NCBI GenBank assembly: GCA_963663405.2
Contig: CAXXSM010000088.1
Coordinates: forward strand, 1-64,000
Reading direction: 5' to 3'
DNA length: 64,000 bases
DNA from: a bacterium
GTDB lineage: Bacteria > Hinthialibacterota > Hinthialibacteria > Hinthialibacterales > Hinthialibacteraceae
Positions 53,826 through 64,000 of the stretch are shown here, piece by piece; positions within the stretch are counted from its first letter, which is position 1, and every line of letters starts with the position of its first letter. Made by a program: the position numbers and the translations under genes. The notes under the pieces were generated by a model that saw only the letters and a list, made by a program, of their open reading frames with translations, did not search any database and had not been told where the DNA came from.

Positions 53826-54825
53826 CTAGGCGAGGTTTGGATTCTGCAATAATTTTTCAATTTTATGCGCCATTCTATTCTGTGAGCGAAGGTATAGATA
53901 GGAGCAGATACCGGTTTTGGCGAGTTTAAGTGAAAACGATTCCAAAACGGGGAAAATCTTAGGATAATCCTGAGATGTGTTATTGGCAAGAAAATTAATT
54001 CCTCCATCCACAAGGCGGATACCCGTGATCCGTGTTTTCTCCCATGTGCTGTCATCCAAACTGAAAAGAATATCGATCCAACAAGCGATTTCATTGTTTA
54101 AATTCTTGAGAGTGAGATCTTGTGGAACGATCATCGAATGGCCTTCCACGATATTGTTGAAATACTCTTGGAACGTATCCCCTTTCGAAAGAGTATACGC
54201 GGCGCCGATATTTCCAATGTGCGTATCGGTCGCGGGCCATAATCCCCTTATTGTATTTCGAAGCCAGCCAGAGGGCCAGCATGTTTTTCTTCCGTACCCG
54301 TTTCATGTTGTATTCAACAACGGGAAACAGTTCGATAATATCTTCCGGCGCGCGGTAATTCGGCTTGTCCTTCGCAGCGAACCAGAAAGGATGATTGTAG
54401 ACATAAGGAAGATTTTGATCTTGAAGATAGGCGATAAAGGTTTCGATATTTCGATCGGTTTGGGCGATGCGCTTCAATTCATTGAACTGGGATTTATCAA
54501 GTTGATAGACATTGATATGCAACGTATGTCCCACTCGAATGGGATCGTTGAAACTGATTTCGACTCCCGTAATCAGCCGTTCCCGTTCCCAACCTATGAT
54601 ATCATACGCTTTCATCGTATCATGATCGGTAATAGCGATATATCGAAATTCTTTTTTCTTCGCTTTTTGATAAATGGCTTCCGGGTGGAATTCAGGCGCG
54701 GGAAGAACGTCATTCGAACATGAGGAATGAACATGCAAATCGGCGGCTTGCCATCCTTCCTGGATCAAATTGTTGCCTCCTTCATGATCCAGCATCCGGT
54801 CTCGATATGTTTTCGGAAGGAACAT
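53826..54825 (-). CDS. PHP-domain metallophosphoesterase (frameshift near 54235)
   Basis: DLHVHS, AITDHD, GVEI, NHPF and, after the frameshift, TDTH. Confidence 0.8.
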
Positions 54826-55296
54826 AATCAGCCAGTCGTACTCCTTTTTGAGATTTGGTAACTCAAAAAATAAAATACCCTATACGTGTGATAATAAAGA
54901 AAAACTCGAAATCATATGGCGGCTCATGGCAACATAACCGATTACTATAAATGTAACCTTATTATTCAAGAGGAATTTGAACGATGAGTCAAGAAGTGGA
55001 TTCATTTATTTTTTGTTAGAACAACGAGTCAATAATCAAGATTGAATAAACCGAAAGCACTCAATAATTGTACCAATTAAATTCAATTTTTGAAGTTATA
55101 AATCTCATTTTATCTTGATTCCACAAAAATAATATCTCAACTCCATCTTCGATTTTTTTTTCGTGGGATATCGAGATAAACATAATTTTTTTGAATACGA
55201 TATTCCATCATCCGCGCTATAGCACTATGATTTAACTATCCGGCTTAAAATATTTGTTGTTATCCCATCGAAAATAAAGGATCATTTATCATCTTC

Positions 55297-55383
55297 TATG
55301 AAAATGAATTTCCGAGACGTTCTCGTTCAAGATTTCTATCGCAATTCATTTTCATTTGCTGGTTGTGATCTCAATCATGATAG
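55297..55383 (+). repeat. ~88-bp palindromic leader element, copy 3
   Basis: ATGAAAATGAATT...AATTCATTTTCAT perfect 13-bp stem, then TTGTGATCTCAATCATGAT. Confidence 0.8.
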
Positions 55384-55399
55384 TATATGAGGTAAACAG

Positions 55400-55665
55400 A
55401 TGAAATATGAATATGCGAGCGTCCGAATCACGAGTAAAGATAGCTATGAATTACCCATGTGGAGCAAAACGACCAAGATTCACGTAGTCACACCCGATCG
55501 ACATTTTTCGGGGATCGCTTGATAACGTCTATAATGAGATGAAAGTAGGGGGGCGAACCTTGTCTGGTTGGCATATTCAGTTATTTAGGATCACATGGAT
55601 GGCGATTATGCGAACTCAGCAAAACCGATATCTATTTTTTCGAGCGCTTGATCGAAGAAAATTGA
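55400..55665 (+). CDS. Small hypothetical protein, DUF4177-like (two apparent frameshifts)
   Basis: SD GAGGT; MKYEY...YLGSHGWRL...IYFFER pattern assembled by hand. Confidence 0.45.
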
Positions 55666-55812
55666 TGGTTATTCGATATTCCGAAGAAGGTGGATGAATT
55701 TACATGAATAAACCTGACGATATCTTCCCCCTTTCTCGTAAGGACCGTATACCATCACCTTTATTCATGAAATACAAAACTCTAAAATATTGAAAAAAGG
55801 AATTAGCGGGGG

Positions 55813-56016
55813 ATGAAACCTTCTTCCGTAGTACACTGCCCATCGTGTAATAAAATTCTAACGCAAGGCAAAGAAACACCCACATTTCCATTTTGCAGCA
55901 AACGCTGTAAATTGATTGATCTTGGCCGCTGGCTTTCAGGAGATTACCGCATCCGTGAACCGTTCCCGCGTAATGAGGATGATTATTGGGATGAAACCGG
56001 CGCTGAACCGGATTGA
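55813..56016 (+). CDS. yacG: DNA gyrase inhibitor YacG
   Basis: CPSC...FPFCSKRCKLIDLGRWLSGDYRI. Confidence 0.93.
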   Translation: MKPSSVVHCPSCNKILTQGKETPTFPFCSKRCKLIDLGRWLSGDYRIREPFPRNEDDYWDETGAEPD

Positions 56017-57530
56017 GTGGCTGGCCTGCGGCGCCTCTGGTCCTCTTGCTCGCTCTCTGTTTCCCCCCCTGGGAATGGGACGTTTCTCGTTTGGTTCGCT
56101 TTGGCGCCGATGGTTTTACGCATCCAGCCTGGGCGGCGCCGGTTGAATTTCTGGATTGGTTTTATCTGGGGAAGGAGTGTACCACCTCGCCTTGCTGCAC
56201 TGGCTGATTCACGTCTCCATCCCAGGCCTGATCGGTCTGTCTCTGTTGCTATTGGGCTCCTTTTACGGATTACTCCTCATTTTCATCGGCTGGATACGTG
56301 ACCGGCCCTATTGGATACCGGTGTCCGCGTTCGCGTGGGGCGTTGGTGGAATATGCGCGTTCGCTGGGCGTGTCTGTCCTTCTCGTGGGGGTATGCCGGT
56401 CATGCGTTTTATCAAATGGGAATCGCTTCTGCAAGGCGCCTATTGGATCGGGAGCGCCTGGATTGTCATTTCTCGCGGTGGGGATCAATTTCACCCTCAG
56501 TGAATGGATCGATGATACGGGTACCACCGCATCCGGAAAATGCCGCAGCCAACGTACCGTTTGAATATCCCTGTATCTCGCCTCGTACACCGCTTTCTTT
56601 CTCGTTTCCGTTCTTGCGGTCCATCATTTATGGATGCGCGTGTCATCGATTTCATGGAACGCGAAAAAGAGAACGCGCGGTCTTTCCGGGCCGCGTTGAT
56701 CCAAGGGAATTTCTCGCAAGACGCGAAAGAGAGCCTGCCGTCTGAATGAAGCGCTGACGGTGTATCTCGATCTTGTCCGCCGAAGCCATGAAGGAACGGC
56801 CGGACTTGATCGTCTGGCCCGGAGAGCGCCATTACCGCCTCGTTGAATTTCTGGCCATCCCTAGTGGAGAGGATCGTTGCGTTCGTGGAAATCCACCAGG
56901 TGGATCTGCTTGGCCGGCGCCGTCTACGGGGAATACCGTGGCGAGGGAGAAATGGCGATTATTACAATCGCGCTTTTCTTCTTCTCTCCCGGACAAGCGA
57001 AATCAATCTGACGGGGGATACGGTCGATCTTTCACAAGGTTCCTTTCGTACGACAAGATGCACCTGGTTCCCTATGGGGAATGGATCCCCTTGGAGATCG
57101 TACTGGCCTTTTTACTACATCGAAACCTTAATCGAGGAAGCGGGGGCGGGCATATTCCAACCGGGCGTGAGATCCCACCATCTTCGAAACGAACCACGGC
57201 GCCCGGTTCGCCGCCGCGACGTGCTTCGAATCGACGCTCGCCGCTCAATGGAGCGCCAAACAAAAATTGGGCGCTGATTTTTTTATTAATATCACCAACG
57301 ACGCCTGGTTTAAACGGTCGGCGGGATTGAAGCAGCATTTTCTCCACTGCGTCTTTCGAGCGGCGGAAAACCGGCGCTGGGTTCTTCGCGTAAGGCAACA
57401 CGGGACTCACCGGCGTCATCAATCCCACAGGGACGAATCATGGGCGTCCTGCCCGATAATGAAAGGACGTATGGGATCTACGAATCTGCGTCTCTGCAAA
57501 ATAAGGGGCGCGCGGGTATCTTGCCCGTGA
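55991..57530 (+). CDS. lnt: Apolipoprotein N-acyltransferase, heavily frameshifted
   Basis: Fragments LIQGN, PDLIVWP, YDKMHLVPYGEWIP, NITNDAWF..QHF..FRAAENRRW; ends approximate. Confidence 0.8.
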
Positions 57531-57558
57531 ACATGGGAATTGAAGGAATGAATCTACT

Positions 57559-59100
57559 ATGAGTAACGCGAATGGTTGGAATACGTTACTGGGCCGCGGG
57601 GCTGTGTCTCTGCCTATCACTGTTTCGCACTAATAACAAACGCGGGGGAACCGGCGATGGGACCGTTGATCGGTTCATCCCGAAAATCCCCGTTATTTCT
57701 CCGATCCTTCAGGCAAGGTTAGTCTATTTAACCGGTTCCCATACGTGGGCCTGCATCCAGGGAACGGGGGCATCGAAGGCGTGACGCCGGATTTTGAGTA
57801 TCCCAGCGTTTTTGGATTTCTTTACCCAGAGCGCAATCATAATTTCATACGGATGTGGACGTGGGAGCATGCCGCGTGGATGCAATTTCGTGACGCGGAT
57901 ACGCGAATTCGCTATACAAGCCAATCCCATCTATGCGCGGACCGGGCCGGGAACGGCGATTGACGGCGGCCCGCGATTATGATCTCACCCAATTCAATCC
58001 CGATTTCTTTACCCGGCTTCGCGAACGCATATCCGCCGCGCGGGAAAAAGGATTGTACGCCAGCGTCATGCTCTTTCAGGGATTCAGCATGTCGAACAAA
58101 AAGGAACGGCCGGCGTGGATCCCAAAAAAGGAAATCCTTGGGACGGCCATCCATACAATAGAAAAGAACAATGTCAACCGCGTATCAATGGCGATCGAAA
58201 CGGCAATGGGGAAGGCGAAGAGATACACACAATGTCCCATCCCGCGATTGACGAAACTGCAGGAACAATATGTCAAAAAGATGATTGACACGTTGAATGA
58301 TTTTGATAACATTCATTTGGGAAATCAGCAATGAAAGTCATGGGACAGTCGACGGAATGGCAGTATCATTTTATCCGCTTCATCAAAGACTATGAAAAGA
58401 CCAAACCATTTCAACACCCCGTTTGGATGACCTTTCAATATTCTAAATATACACCGGGAACCAACGCCGATCTATTCAACAGTCCGGCGGGAGGCGGTCT
58501 CGCCCAATGACGCAGGTGGTTATACATGGATGATCCACCCGCCGCGGACGGTTCGAAAGTCGTGATTCTCGACACCGATCATATCGATCCGCCGGATCAA
58601 GACAGATCAAACCAACGTGGATTTGGAAAGCCTTCACGCGGGGATTGAATCCGATTTTAATGGACTATCTATCAAGACGTTCGAAACTTTGGCTCCCCCA
58701 GCGAACCCCTCGCTGAGTTTGAGGCTTTCCGCCAAAGCGATGGGGCAGACGCGCTCGTTCGCCGAAGGCGATCGATTTGGCGAAAATGACGCCTCAAAAC
58801 GAGCTTGTGTTCCACTGGCTACTGCCTGGCGAATCCCGAAGAAGAATATCTGGCGTATCCAGCCGGCTTCGGAAAAATTGTTTTGGGTGGATTTACCCGC
58901 AGGGTTCGTACCGCGTGGATTTATACAGCCCTGAAAAAGGCGCGATTCAAACCTCCATTGGTCTGCAGAGCGCGGAACGCAAGAAAGCAGCTCATCCCGA
59001 TATTCTTTCTACGGCGCCGTCGTGGCCCATATCAAAAAAACCGATCCATCGTATGGGATCAATCACAACCAGGCGGATTTAAAAATCAGGAAATCCAGGG
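57559..59100 (+). CDS. Secreted glycoside-hydrolase-like TIM-barrel protein (DUF6298-like), heavily frameshifted
   Basis: NPRYF, VYLTGSHTW, HNFIRMWTWE, YDLTQFNPDFFTRLRERI, WEISNE fragments; end approximate. Confidence 0.55.
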
Positions 59101-59197
59101 TAGACAATACGGATTGTTGACTATGAGATAAATCGCCTGTGTAAGATTGGCTTCTCATTTCCAGATCAAAACAACTATTGTATAGCGGGGAGGGAAA

Positions 59198-59781
59198 ATG
59201 AACATGTATGTGGAAAAGGATTTACATCTGATCGAGCTGTTGATCGTCGTGGCGATTATTGGGATATTAGCATCGATTGCAGTACCGAATTTTCTCAATG
59301 CGCAGGCGCGCGCGAAAGTGACACGCACCGTCGCGGATCTGAAAGCGCTGCATTCGGGAATGGAGATGTACCGCCTAGACAATAACGTTTTTCCACCCGA
59401 TTATCGACAGTGGGAACGCGTGCCCGGCGTAACGATTCGAGATAACGAAATTCTTACCTACGTTCGCTTAACCACGCCGGTTTCGCATATATGAGTTCGA
59501 TTCCTCTCGATCCGTATTTTCTGGGCTCGGTGGGACGAATGGAGCACGTGAAAGAGATGCCCCTATTTCAATACGCCGGGCCGCCAGGTTCACTGGCAGA
59601 GACCGCGCTGGCGTAGCAACAAATACGCATTATACGATCACCAGTTTAGGGCCGGATAAAATCGATCAACAAATATGGGCGGTGGCGCTATCCCGACGCA
59701 GATTCACTACTTTATCAAATGTCGAACGGACTCACTTCGCTGGGAGATCTTTATCTTTCGAACCAAGGTTTGAAGTTTTAA
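59198..59781 (+). CDS. Prepilin-type (GspG-like) protein, copy 4 (frameshifted)
   Basis: LIELLIVVAIIGILASIAVPNFLNAQARAK; LTTPVSH..IPLDPY; SLGPD; YQMSNGLTSLGDL. Confidence 0.8.
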
Positions 59782-59929
59782 ACTATAGTAACCGCCGTAT
59801 ATATTTGGAGAAAGAACAGAAAATTCGTCATAAACTGATATGTCATAATCTACAGTAAGGAGATCTTTGAGTAATGCGGAAACCACTACTGATTCAACAT
59901 TATTAAATCCTCGTTGGCGAAAGATAGTT

Positions 59930-61397
59930 ATGTAGAATTCATTCCATTCTTTCTTTGTCTTGCGGCTCATGGGCGCCGTGGCGCAGGAGAGCGCGGTTTT
60001 GCACAATCCCCCTCTTCCCTGCCCTTCCAGATCAACGGTGTCTTTCCAGAGATGACCACCATCGCCGGTCAGCCGAGAATATGTCCGAAGCCGGCTTTCG
60101 GCGCCCTGCTACCCTGGGCGGACCGGTTATGGGCCGTTTCCTACGTTTCTCACATTCGCGGCTCCGGCACGGGCTTGTACGAAAATCGATGAGAACCATG
60201 CGGATGCGGCAGAACGTCCGGAGGAGTGTCGTAGGGACATACGCCAACCGGATGATTCACTATCCCTCCTCTCAGGGGATCATTGGTCCGCATATCATTG
60301 ACGCGGATGGGAACGTGCGAACGATCGAGGCCATTCAGGGGTATCGTCTTGACGGCGACAATCTGATCATCTCACCGATCCGGAAAACAAAGTCTATTTT
60401 CTCTCGATGGAAGGCCCCCCTTCTTTGAAGTGGACGTACATAGCTCTGGAAGCGAAGCGGCTCTTGCAATCTGGCCGAAGTATTGAGATCTGCCTGAAAG
60501 GAATGAATCCACATTTCAAAGGCGCGTATACCGCCAATGGCCGCGTAGTGGTTGCGAACAACAGCTACCACGAACAAGAACACCTAGGCGCTCGCGACGC
60601 AGGGAGGACGGCTGGCGGAATGGGATGGGAAGGAATGGACGATCCTGGAGCGGAAACCATTTCGTGGAGGTTTACGGGAAAGGCCCTCGTGGAGAACGAG
60701 TATGGGAATCCAATCTTCGCGCTGGGTTGGGACAAGGCTTCGGTGATCTTGAAATTATTCGCGGATGGGCCGAATGGAAGACCTACCGGCTTCCCAAAGG
60801 CAGTCATTCATTCGACCACGCCTGGAAACACGGAATGGTTCCGGATTCGAGAAGCGCAGACTGAACGCTTCCTGATGGACGCGCATGGGATTTATTATGA
60901 ACTGCCCGCGCAAGTCTATGAGGATAAAACCTGGGGGATCATCCCCATTTCCAACCATCTCCGGATCACGCCCGATTTCTGCCATTGGCGTGGATTGTTT
61001 GTCATGGCCTGCAACCAAACCGATCTCGCAGTGGGCCAGCCACAATCCGGCCTCTGGTTTGGGAATGTGGAAGATCTATGGCAATTTGGGAAAACCTAAA
61101 GGATGGGGAGGCCCCTGGTGGGAAGAAACCGTCCAAGCGGGAACCGTATCGGATCCATTCCTGATGACAGGTTTCGACAAAAAATGCGTTCATCTCAGCC
61201 ACGACTCGTCTCAAGAAGTGAAATTTACAATCGAAGTCGATTTCCTGGGTAATGGAACATGGAAAACGTACAAGGAAATCACCGTGCCTCCAAAAGGATA
61301 CACTCACCACGAATTCCCCACCAGTTTCAGCGCCCATTGGGTTCGCGTGACTGTCGATACGGGTTGTAAAGTGTCTGTTTACTTTGTTTATACTTGA
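59930..61397 (+). CDS. Secreted hypothetical protein, frameshifted
   Basis: Consecutive + strand fragments: INGVFP, PWADRLWAVSY, GTYANRMIH, EWFRIRE, GQPQSGLWFG, GWGGPW, SDPFLMTGFD. Confidence 0.6.
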
Positions 61398-61421
61398 TAT
61401 AAGAAATTAATAACTATCTTT

Positions 61422-62837
61422 TCACCTTACCTCACTTTCAGCGGAAAAATTTCTGATTCCGTCCGAGCTATTTGCAGATAGGATCTCGATTGTTTTTATA
61501 ATATCTGGATGGCTATCCGCGACGTTATGCTCTTCCCCAATATCTTCCTTTAGATTATATAGCTCCAGCGGTTTCCCAAGCGCGGTGCGGACGGCTTTCC
61601 AATCGCCCATACGCACGGCTTGCTTGATGCCGCCGCTTCCGGCGACATGAAATTCCCAATAGAGGAACTCATGTTTCTTCTGCGCGTCATCCCGGCCCAG
61701 CAGTGTCGGCGCCATGGAAATCGCCATCAATCCCACTGGGGGAATCAATACCGGCCAATTCCGCGCAAGTCGGAAGGATATCCCAAAACGCGGGAGATGT
61801 GATCGTTTTCGCTTCCTGGTTTGATCTTGCTGGGCCAACGCGCGATCATCGGGGCGCGAATCCCGCCTTCATACAAGTCCCGTTTGATTCCCCGAAGCGG
61901 GCCAATTGCTATCGAAATAACTTGGATCGTTCCCACCTTCAATGATGCGGACCATTGTCGCTTGTAAACATGACTATTGTGTTTTCGTCGATTTCCAATA
62001 ATTTCAGGAGTTCGATGATTTGACCGACATCGCGATCGAGTCTTGATATCATTCCCGCCAGCGCGGCGCGCGGTGTCTTCTGCGGACCGTAATTGCCCTG
62101 GCCTTCAAACGGCTTTTCTTCGAACTGGCCTTCATAGGGCCGCATCGAGTCTTCGGGACAACTAATTCCGCGTGAGGGATGGTATAGGGCAGATAGAGGA
62201 AAAATGGATTGTTCTTATTCTTTTTAATGAAATTGAGCGCTTCTTGCGTGAGTAAATCGTGCGAGTATTCTTTCCTGTCAAGCACGATTTTCTCTTCATT
62301 CCGCCAAAGATGCGTTGGATAATAGCGATGCGCCTGTCGTTGGCAGAGATATCCAAACCAATGATCGAATCCCTGCCGGTTGGGAACACCGGTCGAGAAT
62401 GGGCCGCCCAGCCCCCATTTACCGATACAACCTGTTTTATACCCCGCTTTCTTGAGAAGTTTAGCGACCGTGAGGGTATCTGCTGGAATCGGGTGTTGGC
62501 CTTCCGGTTGAATTTCGCGATTGCCCCGGATGTAGGTATGGCCCGTATGCAGGCCAGTCATCAAACTGCAGCGGGATGGGGCGCAGACCGTGCTGCCGAA
62601 TAATGTTGTGTGAAACGCATCCCTTCCGCCGCCATAGCGTCGAGACAGGGGGTTTTAATTTTCTTCTGTCCATAACAGCCGAGATCGCCATATCCCAAAT
62701 CATCGGCCATAATGAAAAGTAATATTCGGTTTCTCTTTTTTAGCCGCGTTCGCAATCGTCTGCCGGCCGGAAGCCAGCGCCGCCGCTGTTAGAGCGGCTG
62801 TTTTACAAAAATCACGCCGTTGTATCAATGAATTCAT
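61422..62837 (-). CDS. Tat-exported arylsulfatase, frameshifted
   Basis: QRRDF leader, [19 protein letters not shown] (FGly motif), GKWGLG, FTSDNG, YEGGIR, VRMGDWK. Confidence 0.88.
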
Positions 62838-63244
62838 TTCCTCCTTCTCTCCTTTACATTCATTTTATCTTGTTGACATCAACACTTTTAATTACTGTAC
62901 AAAAAAAACTTACATTGCAATGAATTCAAATATTCATTCCTCATGTTTTCTACAATCGTTAAGTCATTGATTACACAAGCGCCGGTTTAGATCAATGATG
63001 AAAAAGAAGTAGAAGGATTCAATCTCGAGAGTAGGATTGTATTTTATAAAGGGGATATTGGGGAACCTAAGTCAACCTTTTATCATCTGTCTTCGGGATC
63101 ATACCCTTGAAGGAATCTTGTATTCTTCTACGCGGACTTTCGTTGATTGAGAAAAGAAACTCGTGTTTAATGATATAGTAAAGAAACATCAACTTGAAAC
63201 AGAAACGCTCGTTTTTTCATTCTAACACAACATGGAGTTTTAAC

Positions 63245-64000
63245 ATGACGGATCGATATACTTTGGGGATTGATTTTGGCACGGAATCAGGCCGCGCATT
63301 ATTGGTGAACGCCGCTACGGGAGAAGAGGTGGCGTCGTGTGTGTATACCTATTCCAATGGCGTCATCGATGAACGGCTGCCCGATGGGACGGAATTAGGG
63401 CCGGACTGGGCGCTGCAAGATCCTGAGGATTGGATTCAAACACTCAAAATCACGATCCCCAATGTTCTGCGAATGGCAAACGTCTCCCCTCAATCTGTGA
63501 TCGGCGTGGGAAGTGGATTTCACATCCTGTACCGTCCTGCCTATTAAAAATGATTTAAGCCCATTGTGCAAACTGGAGCCGTTCCGCTAACGTCCACACG
63601 CCTGGCCCAAACTTTGGAAGCATCACGCCGCCCAACCTGAAGCGGATAAAATCACGCGAGCGATTCGTGACTGTGGCGATCCAATTCTTGAACGTTACGG
63701 TGGAAAGATGTCGTCGGAATGGATCGTGCCCCAAGATCTGGCAAGTCCTTGATGAAGACGAGGAGATTTACGACGCCGCCGACCGCTTTATTGAAGGCGG
63801 CGATTGGATCGTTGAATGGCTCTGTGGCAAAGAAGCCCGCAGTTCCTGCATGGCGGGATACAAGGGGATGTGGGATAAAGAAGAAGGCTTCCCTTCCCCT
63901 GAATTGCTCAAAGCCCTGCATCCAAAACTCGCCAATCTCGTAGAACAAAACTCTCCGCCGACATCCGCCCGCTTGGAGAGAAAGCGGGTGGACAACGCCG
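63245..64000 (+). CDS. araB: Ribulokinase (FGGY family), frameshifted, truncated by the window edge
   Basis: YTLGIDFGTESGRA, DWALQDP, HAWPKLWKHHAAQPEA, RYGGKMSSEW, AGYKGMW. Confidence 0.85.

Noticed and set aside
54900-54965. Possible Pho box upstream of PHP-btaAB
   Set aside because: The candidate half-sites (GTTAC/GTAAT, GCCAT/GCCAT) are spaced 12 and 10 nt rather than 11, so it is not supportable.
53800-64000. Mass pseudogenisation or programmed frameshifting (lnt, sulfatase, araB, others; also 1-3376)
   Set aside because: Indels cluster at the window ends and hit normally essential lnt while motifs stay intact, which is most consistent with uncorrected sequencing errors.
1-64000. tRNA, rRNA, CRISPR arrays, transposases
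   Set aside because: None recognised by eye; tRNAscan-SE, Infernal and ISEScan would be needed to exclude them.

Overview
Gene-dense bacterial window, probably from a long-read MAG. Many genes are split by 1-nt indels, worst at both ends. The many secreted proteins, Tat oxidoreductases and orphan GspG-like prepilins suggest a diderm of the OLB16/Hinthialibacterota-like or PVC-adjacent type (inference only). Content: a frameshifted fibro-slime/cohesin-like surface protein, an LRR protein, two B12 radical SAM enzymes, tandem tricorn proteases, PilZ, SDRs, Gfo/Idh/MocA enzymes, proA, mazG, a GH57 enzyme, an S8 protease, a PHP-btaA-btaB betaine-lipid operon, yacG, lnt, a sulfatase and araB. The best candidate for a new system is an AT-rich island (~41950-44590). 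It encodes a truncated hicB, then an NLR-like NACHT NTPase with a complete HicB antitoxin fused in frame at its C-terminus, then a translationally coupled 58-aa HicA toxin absent from the ORF track. Other signals: a shared C-terminal W-x-x-[YF] tail on unrelated secreted proteins, four dispersed prepilin paralogs, and a ~88-bp palindromic element in three gene leaders.
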